NCBI RefSeq assembly: GCF_032118995.1
Contig: NC_092655.1
Span: 14,589,223 to 14,653,222, forward strand
Reading direction: 5' to 3'
DNA from: Asterias amurensis
Taxonomy: Eukaryota
Length of the DNA stretch: 64,000 nucleotides
The notes below the pieces were generated by a model. That model ran no database searches. It worked only from the letters and a program-made list of their open reading frames with translations, and had not been told where the DNA came from. The translations under genes and the position numbers were made by a program. Within the stretch, counting starts at the first letter, position 1. Each line of letters begins with the position of its first letter. Positions 35,601-47,497 of this stretch are shown piece by piece.

Positions 35601-35859
35601 GGGACCCATTTTCACGGCACTGCTTACCGTATAAGCAATGAATCGGCGCGTGCGGAAGCAGTGAATTCTGCGCTTACGTCAATCGTATTAATTAACGTGT
35701 TAGCGAGTTTTGGTTTGTGCGCCTGAGTACATGTTACAAGGCATTCTGCGGTTAGGCATACACAGCTAGCGGTTAAGTTCGGCGCTTGCACGTAAGCGGC
35801 GAATGGTGATCGTGAGTATGGAGTTCGGCGGTAAGCAGAGCCATGAACTTTGAGCCTTG
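35601..35859. mobile_element. MITE-F copy
   Basis: gggacccattttcacggcactgcttaccgtataagc...gagttcggcggtaagcagagccatgaactttgagcc. Confidence 0.6.
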
Positions 35860-36715
35860 ATTTGGGAGCAATTCTTGCCTGCCCTGGATTTGTTTCGAAT
35901 CTAGAGGTTGTTATGTACTGACAACCTGGCACAAAAAAGGCCGTACCGCCTTTACCAAGAAAAATACGCTAATATTGTCACAAACATTAAATTGGGTTTG
36001 AACAGCCACGACCATTGACCCGAGTCCTAATGGAACGTGTATAATTTGATAAATTAATATTTAATAATATAATTTCTTACAAAATGCACTCATAATAATG
36101 ATGGACTTTTTACGGACTGCGACAGACTGACAATGTTCCTTATCAGACGGACAATTCAGACAATATTGTGTAATGCAGTCGACCGTAACTTACTCCATAA
36201 AATATACAATTTGGTGGAACAAAAACTTTCTGTAAATACAATCAGTGTGATAAGAAAATACATTGGAATAAAAAAAAACACACAACAAGAAAGACAGATA
36301 CAGAGTTCAGTGTTTATTTTTGTTGTGGTTTTAGGGAAGGTTTTCAAGTACTGAACAAATAATTTCAGCCCTAATATTTCCCCCTGCAAAAACTTGACTC
36401 CCATAAATGGCCGACCGTGTTAGTCGACGAGGTAAAAGGAAAACCGTGCAATTTCGAGGCATGTTTGTGTGGATCATTGTATTCTACTTTTACAACATCT
36501 TTCTACCCAATGCATTTTATAACAAACGGTTACGAACGCTTTTGCCTTTTAAATGAATCTGGTTCTAGAGAGGGGTTCAAAAGTGTTTCGTTCTGAGAAA
36601 TGTTTCTACATGAAACGTTTCTCAGATTGAATGTTATGACAATAACGGATTATTCTTCCTGCGTGGATATTATATCGCTCATCAGATTTTTGGTAAGTTC
36701 TCAGTAAACGTTGCC

Positions 36716-37104
36716 TTTAAAGACAGTGGACACTATTGGTAATTGTCAAAAAACAGTCTTCTCACTTGGTGTATCTCAACCAATGCATAAAATTAAAAAC
36801 CTGTGAAAATTTGAGCTTGATTGGTCGTCAGAGTTGCCAGATAACTATGAAAGAAAAAAAACACCTATGTCACACGAAGTTGTGTGCGTTTAGATGGTTG
36901 ATTTCGAGACCTCAAGTTCTAAACTTGAGGTCTCGAAATCAAATTCGTGGAAAATTACTTCATTCTCCTGAACTAGGTCACTTCAGAGGGAGCTGTTTCT
37001 CACAATGTTTTATACCATCAACCTCTCCCCATTACTCGTTACCAAGTAAGGTTTTATGCTAATAAATATTTTGAGTAATTACCAATAGTGTCCACTGCCT
37101 TTAA
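36716..37104 (+). mobile_element. MITE-A full-length copy
   Basis: ctttaaagacagtggacactattggtaattgtcaaaaaacag...gatttcgagacctcaagttctaaacttgaggtctcgaaatc...gagtaattaccaatagtgtccactgcctttaa. Confidence 0.8.
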
Positions 37105-37463
37105 ATATCTGTGTTTAAACTTTAAAATCAACGGGTATGAGCTGGTGATGTATACAGCATTCGAAATTTCAAAGACAAGTAATATTATTTCACCAAATTG
37201 GATAATACCATCAAGGGTTTCAAGTAACACGTTCCCTTGGAAACTGAACGACCCGGGAATTCTTAAAAACGAGAAACCATTACAGACGGCGTATCGTGTT
37301 TAATCAATCCGAAGGTTTACGGAGTTTGTATGGTAATAAACTAATCATTACAAAGATTGTGAAGGACGTTGTTGGAGAATTTTAATATAAATCACCTTTT
37401 ACATAAATATTACACCAAAGTAGATGCTTGCGTTTTCATCACTGCATAGGTCAAGCCTTATTC

Positions 37464-38080
37464 TTTAAAGACACTGGACACTATTGGGAATCGTCCAAGA
37501 CCAGTCTTCTAACTTGGTGTATCTCAATAAATACATAAAGTAACAAACCTGTGAAAACTTGAGCCCAATCGGTCGTCGAAGTTGCGAGATAATAATGACC
37601 GCCTCAAATTCTTAATCTAAGGTCTCAAAATAAAATTCTTGGAAAATTGCTTCTTTCTCGAAAACTACATTACTTCAGATGGAAACGTTTCTCCCTATTA
37701 CTTGTTACAAGTAAGTTATGTTGCTAAAAATTATTTTGAGTGATCACCAATAGTTTTCATACACCAGTTCTCCCACTTGGTGTATCCCAACATGTGCATT
37801 TGAAAAAAAATAGCAAACCTGTGAAAAGTTTGGCTAAATTGGTCATCGTAGTTGCCAGAAAACTAATATAAGAAAAGCATACACTCTTTGCAAAGAATTG
37901 TGTTCTTTTAGATGCAAGAGAAAAGCCTTTCTCAGATTCAGCTGGTGAAAGTTACCTCTTTCTTTATAAAACTTAAGTATTTCAAAGAGATTCGTTTTCT
38001 CACAACGTTGTATACCATCAACATCTCTTCAATATTCATTACCAAGTAAAGATTGTATGATCATTAATTTGTTGATTAAG
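37464..38080 (+). mobile_element. Two adjacent rearranged MITE-A copies: 37464-37762 with an internal deletion, and 37763-38080 5'-truncated.
   Basis: ctttaaagacactggacactattgggaatcgtccaagacc...gtgatcaccaatagttttcat, immediately followed by acaccagttctcccacttggtgtatcccaacatgtgcat...cattaccaagtaaagattgtatg. Confidence 0.6.
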
Positions 38081-39023
38081 CGTATTACTAAATTTATACA
38101 CTGCCATTAACATTCTGTCCATTTTAACCCAATGAGTGTTTTACACACGTGCAACGGAGATATATTCAGACTCTTTTGGATTAAGGATAGTACCAGTCAA
38201 TTCGTCTTCTCTTCGTTGCAAATGGAAGCACTCCATAATTCAACTCGTGAAAATATTCCATCGCACTCATAAGTATTCATTAATTGTATTGTAATTTTGA
38301 CCCTGCCTATAGAACAGTCCATGTTTTTTTCATCTACATATTTCATGCGTAATTCTACTCTCGAGAACAATCATACATTTTTCTCATGAAATATGTACAG
38401 TACACATCGCAAGTACACAATAAAGCCATGAATCTTGCCCAGTTTGGCGCCTTCTTTAATGAACGTCACTTCGCTTTCGCATCCACAGCAATGACACCTC
38501 TGTGTTCCCACCCAGTGAGCGGAGCTGAAGGCCCTGTCACACCTTAACGTTTTAGCCAGCGTAAGCCGACGTATGACAATTTCTCTACAACTGTGCAGTT
38601 TCATTTTATTACCCATCACATTATGATAATACATGATGGTATGTGTTGATGTATTCGGTTTGTAATGCATTATAAATTTAGTTGGCATGCACACAATGTG
38701 TCGACACGAACTAGCCCAATTAGAGCTGCTCAAAGCACATAATTTTGCTAAGCATAACGCAATTATTCTTACCAGGCTAAGGTTACCAGCCAAAATACTA
38801 TGTTGCATGTACAATTTGTGTTGCTTCTGCATGGTATCCTGCTCATTATTGGCAATAGGTGTTTTCCGCTTAGTCAGCTCAATGTTACTCGGCCTAACTC
38901 TCTCTTGGTTAAATTTTCATCGAGACAAGATCGATGATCAGTAAACTTCTGGGCCTAAAGTCTCTTGGGTCAATTTTCATCGAGACAAGATCGATGATCA
39001 GTAAACTTAATTTATTTAATGCA

Positions 39024-39330
39024 CTTAAAGACACTGGACACTATAGGTAATTGTCAAAGACCAGCCTTCTAACTTGGTGTATCTCAACATATGCATATAA
39101 ATAACAAACCTGTGAAAATTTGAACTCAATTGGTCGTCGAAGTTGCGAGATAATAATGAAAGAAAAAAAACCTTGTCACGCGAAGTTGTGTGCTTTCAGA
39201 TGCTTGATTTCGAGACCTCAAAATCTAATTCTGAGGTCTCAAAATCAAATTCATGGACAATAACCTCTTTATCGAAAACTACGTCACTTCAAACCTTTGA
39301 AAATTTGAACTCGATCGGTCGTCGTATATA
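39024..39330 (+). mobile_element. MITE-A copy, 3'-truncated, followed by a (CCGTAG)n array
   Basis: cttaaagacactggacactataggtaattgtcaaagaccagcc...gatttcgagacctcaaaatctaattctgaggtctcaaaatc... Confidence 0.65.
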
Positions 39331-39364
39331 GTTACCAGTGTTGCCAGTATTGAAGAATAGGCAG

Positions 39365-39400
39365 ACGTGCGCGACTATCCGTAGCCGTAGCCGTAGCCGA
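39365..39400. repeat. (CCGTAG)n hexamer array next to the motif TTCGGACACGG. Equivalent arrays at 30655-30745 and 47935-48060.
   Basis: ccgtagccgtagccgtagccgaagtcgccgtttcggacacggc; 30690 cagccgtagccgtagccgtagcagcagcc...cttcggacacggc; 47940 cacggctacggctag...ttcggacacactc. Confidence 0.6.
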
Positions 39401-39900
39401 AGTCGCCGTTTCGGACACGGCCTTTTTAAACTTACGGGACGTCTTAGGGGAATTAGCGGCTAATGCTATGGCTACGACTGTTGCTAAGGGTGATGCTAAT
39501 GACGTCATATACATCAACATACATGCGAGCCGTACACGTAGCCGTACATGGGTTATACCGCCAATTTGGACGCGACCTCGCTGGCTAGTGGGAATTTCTT
39601 TTCTGTACATCAAAACTGCCACTGTCGTAATGCTTTTCCGATGGGGATTTTTTTTTTTCTTCTTCTATCTAGATCGATCCAAAAAAGGGAATCGATGGAG
39701 GATGGCAATGTTAGACTACAGAATAACAAATTGTTCCCATAATACGCCTCTCTTAATATTTATGCATGAGTATGTCACAATTCTAAACCAAAACGAGGCC
39801 ATAGGCGCAGCCACTGTAAGTGGTATAGGTGACGTGCGCATATAGCCTCATTTTGGGTTTGAATTATGACGTCATGCATTACAGCAAGAACCTTAACTGT

Positions 39901-40052
39901 GGGTGCGTTCGTTTAGCTTCCCTGGGTCGACCCCGGTGTGTGGCGTTTTCTTTTTTCAGGACGAACGTGTGCAGATAATTACCCACGTTCGTCATGGACA
40001 AAAAACCCGCCACACACCGGGGTCGACCCCAGGAAGCTAAACGAACGCACCC
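39901..40052. mobile_element. PAL-E short palindromic copy (~150 bp), nested between 55 bp inverted repeats at 39615-39670 and 40275-40330
   Basis: gggtgcgttcgtttagcttccctgggtcgaccccggtgtgtggcg...cgccacacaccggggtcgaccccaggaagctaaacgaacgcaccc. Confidence 0.75.
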
Positions 40053-41732
40053 TGTATATCGTGGAGGTGGAACACTACTCAGAGGCTGGTTGGAACTGGG
40101 TTAAACCAGCTTTACTAAGCCACTCAAAATACCGAACAATGGAAATGACCAATTTTAAAAGTAGCCACTGAACAACGTAGGCCTAATGGTGCGCTGTATG
40201 CAATTTCTGTCCGCTTTAGAATTACCACCCTTCAAAAATTGTCCTAGTATTTTCAAAGAATTCCCTTTTTTGATTTGATTTAGAAGAAGGAAAAAATCCC
40301 CATTGAAAAGCACTACGACAATGGCAATTTCATAGCACGCGTAGTACGGATGGGAATCGTGTGATGGCTTCGGTTGAATTTGGGTCAATAGATGTATTCA
40401 GGATGCTTTAATTGTTGCAAGGTTAAATCCTGAGCTGAGCACAAAACACAGTGGCTATCCTTCAAGGTTTCTCTATCCATTTTCTTAAATTCTTTTCATT
40501 ATTAGTTTCAACCTTTGATATGCTGGAGTTGCAAGTCTTCACCCGCTAGTTGCCGAAACTTTGAAGAAGAGAAAATGTGCGCGTAATTTTACAGGCGACA
40601 AGATAAAGACACGAGACACAAATGTACTGTAAGATTGTTTGTTGAGTTATGTCCTATATAATTTAAATTAACAAAATTGGCGGGGGGGGGGGGTCAAGAA
40701 TACCTCGTCAACAGTGTGTTTATATACGGTACCTTCTGTAGACCAATGACAAACAAGAAAAGATAGACACAAGATAGACACAAAATGTACAGCAGGATTG
40801 TAGGTTGACTAGTCTAAAATACTTTAGAGCAACAAAATTATGCATACACGAATAAGGTTGCCAGCCAAACTACCATGTCTCATGTACAACTCGTGACTGG
40901 TGTCTTGCTCATTTCTGCTATATAAGCAAACAATTATTTAGCCATTTTATTGTCTACTTAAAACAGCTCTATAAAATCGGGCCCTGGTAATGTTTCGAAG
41001 TATAACAAGCTTGCAATATTTACTGTTTGACTTAGTATAAATGTACACATAATGGTTCAGTCGCCATAATGTTTATGTTTTCAAGAAACAATTTTCAATT
41101 TATGTTGTAAACTTGTCTTGGATTCCATCCGTATAGACCGTGCAAGTCGTATGGGGAAACTAAGACGGGGGGGGGGGGATAATTTGGGGGAACATGTTAT
41201 GTTTCGACGTACATTTTCTACAACGCATACAAGGAGAAAACTAAATCGCGCAACCGTTCAAAACGTGCAAGACTGTATTGCCCTGTCGAGTACAAAGAAG
41301 AGTGGATATCGTTGACTCTTTTAATATAAAGAGTCGATTCTGGTTTTGTTTCTCTCTTCAGTTGTCTCACTTTACAGTTCAATGAGATCCATTCAATATT
41401 GGGAGATTTAAAATAATCCCTCTTAGGCTCACAGTAGTATCATTTTGCCCCAAATCCTACTCAAAAGAATTATAGCTTATAATAAAAAAAAAGCTTTGTG
41501 CAGTTGTATTGGGTTTATTTGGGTTTAAGGCAAAATATATTCTTTTCTATATCTCCGGTATCCAGGTGATTCTATTCATCATACACAATGGATTTGATAT
41601 GAAATTTTGTAGATATAGAGTTGCATGGAACACGTCTTTTATGTGGCTGTCACGTATCATATTCATGCCCTGTGGTATTCACCGTAAGCACGGCTTGGGA
41701 ATCCGACATGCAGACATATAATGGAACATTCG

Positions 41733-42064
41733 TTAAAGACACTGGACACCTTTGGTAATTGTCAAAGACCAGTCTACGCACTTGGTGTATCTCAACATAT
41801 GCACAAAACAACAAACCTGTGAAAATTTGAGCTCAATTTGGCGTCGAAGTTGCGAGACAATAATGGAAGAAAAAAACACCATTGTCGCACGAAGTTGTTT
41901 TTTGGGGGGGAAAATGAGTTCTTTCTCGAAAACTACGTTACTTTAGACGGAGCCGTTTCTCACAATGTTTATACTATCCACATCTCTCAATTGATAGCTA
42001 GCAGGTAAGTTTTGATGGTAACAATTATTTTCAGCAATTGCTTATAGTATCCAGTGCTTTTAAA
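41733..42064 (+). mobile_element. MITE-A copy with an internal deletion and a G-run replacing the A-tract
   Basis: ttaaagacactggacacctttggtaattgtcaaagaccagtctacgcac...ttttttgggggggaaaatgag...cagcaattgcttatagtatccagtgcttttaa. Confidence 0.7.
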
Positions 42065-42469
42065 CCATGTGAAAGGGATCACTTTATTATCAGTAACCTA
42101 TATAGCAAAACTAGGTTGCTTAAAACCGACGAGCGGCTCTGGATCCAATAAAAATAAATAAATAAAGGGCAGGGACAAGACAACGCTAGAAAGCAGCATG
42201 GCAATTAATGAAATTCGAACAGAGAAAACAAGAAATGGGACAATTTGTTCGTGAAATTACAGTTAGAATGTATGGAAGCAGGTAAAGATGGGAAAAACGA
42301 AATCTCAAAAGACGCAGCGGGTGAGATTGAATTAAACTTAATATGGATCTAAAAAGCCATACAAGTGGGTCAGATAAACGTTTGTGTTCAAAAAGAGGCA
42401 GAGCAGTCAGGGATATTTGCCGTCCCCTGTGCAAATATAAAGTTTGTTCCGTCCAACGCGGCAAAGGTC

Positions 42470-42844
42470 TTAAAGCCATTATACACTTTCGGTACAGAAT
42501 TTTTGTTTAAAGTTCACAGATTTACAAATAATTTACAGGGTTTACAGAAGGTAATAGTGAAAGACTTATCTTGAATAATTATTCCATGAAATGCTTTACT
42601 TTTTGAGAAAACATTAAAACAATATCAATTCTCGATAGCGAGAATTACGGATTTATTTTAAACACATTTCATGACACGGCGAAACGTGGGGAAACAAGGG
42701 TGGGTTTTCCCGTTGTTTTCTCCCGACTCTGATGACCGATTGAGCCTAAATTTTCACAGGTTTGTCATTTTATATATAAGTTGTGATACACGGAGTGTGG
42801 GCCTTGGACAATACTGTTTACCGAAAGTGTCCAATGGCTTTAAA
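42470..42844 (-). mobile_element. MITE-B copy
   Basis: ttaaagccattatacactttcggtacagaattt...ctgtttaccgaaagtgtccaatggctttaa. Confidence 0.75.
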
Positions 42845-43544
42845 TGGAAGGTATATACCACGGTAACCAATTTTAAATGAATGGCATGTAACAATAATTT
42901 GCAAGAAGCCTACAAAGAAAAAAACCCAAAGATTTCGAGAAACATTTTGTCATCAAAATAATGTGGTTATGTAAGAAAAATATATCAGTTTTTATGCCCC
43001 CATATTTAAATCTGAGAAGCTCACAACCTGCAGGTATACTGCAGTAACAATTCACAAAGTGACATTTTTCTCAAAGTGCTTTACTGTCAAACGCTGTAGG
43101 CTTTTGACCAGTAATTATTACTAGTCACAATAATTGTAAATATGGTGGTCAAGTTGGTATCATGATGGTCAAGTTGATAAATATAGGCGTCATAATAGCA
43201 TAGTGCTTAATACTGTCAATCCTTTAATGACCCCCAAAATATTCAATTTCAGATTTTCTCTTTCTCACGTTTCATTTCACTGATATGTTTCCGGAAGTAA
43301 GAGTGGGGTCTCCTCTTTTTTCTACAAAATGTGAATCGATTCGCTCATGAGAAAAGAAATCGTGTTATAGGCCCTTTACATCCGTCAAACTTGGTGTCTA
43401 GTTTCGTACCTCTCGTCTGTACTCTCAGACAATAATGATGAAAGTGATCCGACCAAATCTGACAGCCAATATTTTGTTTTGTCCACTGACGATGCCTCTA
43501 TGCTCCCACTGCGTAGTGTTTTTTTAATATTATATTTGAAGAAA

Positions 43545-43760
43545 CTATAAGTAAATAGTAAACTTGCGGATACAACCGTGTGTAAATTTCTTTAGTGGGG
43601 AATGTTGGCTCTGGAAAGAGCCTGTGCATGGTCTCGACGTTTCGAACAATAATACTCTGCTCATCTACAGAATGCCTGAAAACGAACAGAGTGTGCCGGA
43701 AAGAGATAGGCTATACACATGGTTGTACTCGCAAGTTTACTATTTATTTACATTTTTTTT
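43545..43760. mobile_element. ~215 bp MITE with 32 bp TIRs (gtaaatagtaaacttgcggatacaaccgtgtg); half copy at 48180-48275
   Basis: 43551-43585 pairs with the reverse complement of 43720-43755. The shared internal motif ggtctcgacgtttcg is also at 48250. Confidence 0.55.
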
Positions 43761-43906
43761 CTATTTATCCTAAACATGCAATGATTCAACCAATACTTAT
43801 AAAGTAAACTTCTCGCAAAAAAAACTTTTATTTTTTATTTTTGTCCAACCATGATTCTGTTCGGTGATCTTCCTCATTTCTTTTGAAATACTACATCCGA
43901 GAACAA

Positions 43907-44133
43907 CTCAAAGACTAGTCTTGGTGCAAGACGTTTCTCGTTTCCTTTTCACGCACACCGCGGCCAATTCACCGACAACGCGCGCACCGACTCACCTGAC
44001 TTATAGTCCACTCACCGCCCCGGAGCGTGAGTGGACTATAAGTCAGGTGAGTCGGTGCGCGCGCTGTCGGTGAATTGGCCGCAGTGTGCGTAAAAAGGAA
44101 ACGAGAAACGTCTTGCACCAAGACTACTCAAAG
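43907..44133. mobile_element. ~227 bp GC-rich perfect palindrome (hairpin element)
   Basis: ctcaaagactagtcttggtgcaagacgtttctcgtttcc...ccgactcacctgacttatagtccactcaccgcc|ccggagcgtgagtggactataagtcaggtgagtcgg...ggaaacgagaaacgtcttgcaccaagactactcaaag. Confidence 0.75.
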
Positions 44134-44267
44134 ATCCAAAGACCCATACAGGTACTAGTTTTGGTGTTAGCGGCATTATAGTTGGGACGGTATAGTGCAT
44201 TTTGCCATACCAACCAGGATCATAATGGATGATACCCATACCTACATCCTTAGGACTATGGAGAGGG

Positions 44268-44555
44268 TTAAAGGCAGTGGACACTATTGGTAAATACTCA
44301 AAATAATTATAAGCATAAAAACTTACTTGGTAACAAGCAATGGAGAGCCGTTGATAAAACATTGTGGCAAACGGCTCCCTCTGTGGAGTAAGGTAGTTTT
44401 CGAGAAAGAAGTAATTTCCACAAATTTGATTTCGAGACCCAAAAACTAGATTTTGAGGTCCCGAAATCAAGCATCCTTCGTGTGCGAGGGTGTTTTTCTC
44501 GCAACTTCGACGACCAATTGAGTTCAAATTTTCACAGGTTTGTTATTTTATAACC
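44268..44555 (-). mobile_element. MITE-A copy, truncated
   Basis: ttaaaggcagtggacactattggtaaatactcaaaataattataagc...ttgaggtcccgaaatcaagcatcc...cttcgacgaccaattgagttcaaattttcacaggtttg. Confidence 0.65.
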
Positions 44556-44814
44556 CCTGTTTCAGCCCAAGGAGTGGGTGATGGCAACGTTCCCATGGTG
44601 GCAGTTGATCTGGGTCGACAGCAAATAAGAAGTGTAGCCCTAACCCTGAAGTGGCCGTCCGGCCTTGTGAGATCGGCGATATCTCACAAGGCGATCAGAG
44701 CATATACTGACGATCGAAGCATTGAATTATCAACTACCGGTTCTTTTCAGAACCAAAACACTATTTTACTCAAAAAGAAATTTTTCCATGGTGCTACTGT
44801 TAACCTCATCTAAA

Positions 44815-44843
44815 ACAAATAAATAAATAAATAAACAAACAAA

Positions 44844-44874
<31 letters not shown>

Positions 44875-44880
44875 ATTATA
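44815..44880. repeat. (AAAT/AAAC)n microsatellite
   Basis: aaataaataaataaataaacaaacaaataaataaataaataaataaataaataaa. Confidence 0.9.
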
Positions 44881-45109
44881 TACCATGCAATCAAATGAGG
44901 ATAAAAAAGGGGGAAAGATGAGGCTTTTTTTGTATAGAGTGTAATAATAATAATAATATCAAAGTCTTATATATCGCACGTATCTACCAAACAAGGTACT
45001 CAAGGCTGAGCATATACAAACTTTCAGAAAGATAGGTTATTGCAGTGATGAATTTTGAGACCCAATTTTTCAACACCTTATAAGGGTTTACAAGGTGCTA
45101 CGGCGCATT

Positions 45110-45292
45110 AGGCAGCCACAGCCAGGAACACCGGGGCGAACCCCTTCTCTTTTCGAAAAGTGCACTGGGTTCTTGTACATGTGTTACACAACACATGGGA
45201 CCAACGGCTTTAAGTCCCATCCGAAGTACGAAGCAATGGTTAAGTGTCTTGCTTAAGGACACACGTGTCACGGCTGGGGATCGTCACTGTGT
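45110..45292 (-). mobile_element. SINE-like element with a tRNA-like T-arm motif (ggggattcgaaccc) at one end
   Basis: ccggggcgaaccccttctcttttcgaaaagtgcactgggttcttgtacatgtgttacacaacacatgggaccaacggctttaagtcccatccgaagtacgaagcaatggttaagtgtcttgcttaaggacacacgtgtcacggctgggga. Second copy at 53922-54070; fragment at 7672-7735; related copy with a degenerate tRNA-like head at 2740-3047. Confidence 0.5.
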
Positions 45293-45606
45293 AATCGTCA
45301 CTTTATGGGTATTATTAACGAAACTGTCACAGCTTGTCGACAACATTCTGCAGATAAATGCTACCCTTGAATGGGAGAAATTTGTTCAGATGTAGGGGAA
45401 GCCGGAGGGGTGCACGGGTGCTTGGGCACTGAGATCAGAGGCGAAGCATTTTAGAAATGTTGTAATTAACATTGACAAACAATGTGACTAGAATACCGAT
45501 GCCGTGACATGGCTTTAGGACAATCAGACTCAATCCGGCCTCCGTGACTGTGTGAAGTCTGTTGGCCACGTGATGAGCAGGTAATTAACAAACAGGGCTG
45601 GACATC

Positions 45607-46004
45607 ACGAGTTGGCCTTTATACTATTGGTAATTACTCAAAATAATTGTCAGCATCAAAACTTATTCGGTAACGAGCAATGGAGAGCCGTCGATATTAT
45701 AAAACATTGCGAGAACGGCCATCTCTGAAGTAACGTAGTTTTTGAGAAAGTAAATAATTTATCACTGAAATATTTGATTTGAATTCGAGACCTCAGCTGG
45801 GGTCTCGAATTCAAAGGCATCCGATGAAAGCACACAATTTGTGCGCCAAGGGTGTTTTTTCCATTCATTATTCTCTCACAACTTCTGTTACGACAAATTG
45901 AGTTATAAATTTCCAGGGTTTGTTATTTTATGCATATATATGTTGAGAACACAAAGTGAGAAGCCTGGTCTTTTACTATTACCAAAGGTGTCCAGTGTCT
46001 TTAA
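45607..46004 (-). mobile_element. MITE-A copy, head-to-head with the next copy and sharing its terminal TTAA
   Basis: ggcctttatactattggtaattactcaaaataattgtcagc...ttactattaccaaaggtgtccagtgtctTTAA. Confidence 0.75.
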
Positions 46005-46389
46005 AGGCAGTGGACACTATTGGTAGTTGTCAAAGACTAGTCTTCACAGTTGGTGTATCTCAACATATATGCATAAAACAATTAACCTGTGAAAATTTGA
46101 GCTCAATCGGTCATCAAACTTGCGAGATAATAATGAAAGAAAAATAACCCTTGCAACACGAAGTTGTGTGCGTTTAGATGGTTGATTTCGAGACCTCAAG
46201 TTCTAAACTTGTGGTCTCGAAATCAAATTCGTGGAAAATTACTTCTTTCTCGAAAACTATGGCACTTCAGAGGGAGCCGTTTCTCACAATGTTTTATACC
46301 ATCAACCTCTCCCCATTAACTCGTCACCAAGAAAGGTTTTATGCTAATAATTATTTTGAGTAATTACCAATAGTGTCCACTGCCTTTAA
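46001..46389 (+). mobile_element. MITE-A full-length copy, head-to-head with the previous copy
   Basis: TTAAaggcagtggacactattggtagttgtcaaagactagtcttcacagttgg...gatttcgagacctcaagttctaaacttgtggtctcgaaatc...gagtaattaccaatagtgtccactgcctttaa. Confidence 0.8.
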
Positions 46390-47161
46390 CAATATATAAT
46401 TTTTGTATACTTACATGCGCTTTTGATTTTGTTACCTTTCTATTTTCTAAAATATTTTCTTATCTGGAATTATTTTCAAAAAAGAGTATGGAGCAAACGT
46501 CATATTGAATTTAACTGAAATTTTTAATTATCATTCAGTCTGCAAGATTTAGGTCTTTAGTGAAATCAATAAAACGTGCTCATTTCCGGAAGAAAATAAA
46601 TCCCCAAAGCAATGCGCGACGTCCGTCACGATCTGAATGCATGGGTTTTTTGTTGATTGAGTAAAGGCTGGCTCGGAATCGGAGGAGCGGCCGGATATAA
46701 GCGCGGTCTTGACTTCCGACGCAGTCACGGCATATCCTTTTCTTTCACATTCAATCTGGGTTTTGACCTTGCCGCCACAAATAGAGCTTAACTAAAATGT
46801 CCTATACTCCACCTCGGATGATTTTGCCTTGCCAATCTCACGGATGATGGCGAACAACCCTAGGATGGTTTGGTCTTTAACCAGGAATGTCTGGATGTAC
46901 CTGTTCTTCCATGCCTAATCAGTTTGGTTGTGGCCATGAGTTGAAGTGATCCTGTTCACACGTTCTCCTGGCGACTACTTCAGCTCATTTTATGTTCTCC
47001 ATCCCTATCCCAATCTGTCTATAGCATGAGAAGGTCATGTCTCTTTAACAAAATAAAACATGCCTGCATTTCTTTAAGATTGTTGAAATGTGACAAATCC
47101 TCTCACAAGACAAAGAGAACTGCATAATGTTTACAAAAAAGAGAACTGCATTATTATTGTC

Positions 47162-47497
47162 TTAAAGCAATCGCACAACATCGGTAAACAGTATTGTCCA
47201 GAGGCCCACACTTCGTGTATCACAACTTATATATAAATAACAAACCTGTGAAAATTTAGGCTCAATCGGTCATCGGAGTCGGGAGAAAATAACGGGAAAA
47301 CCCACCCTTGTTTCCGCACGTTTTGCCGTGTCATCGAGAATTGATACTTGTTTAAATGTTTTCTCATGTAAGCATTTCATTGAATAATAATTTCAAGGGA
47401 AGTCTTTCACGATCACCTTCTGTAAACCCTGTAAGTTGTTTTTAAATCTGTGAACTTTTAATTTTTGTTCTGTTCAGAAAGTGTGCAATGGCTTTAA
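47162..47497 (+). mobile_element. MITE-B copy (diverged 5' TIR)
   Basis: ttaaagcaatcgcacaacatcggtaaacagtattgtccagaggcccacacttcgtgtatcacaactta...ctgttcagaaagtgtgcaatggctttaa. Confidence 0.7.
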
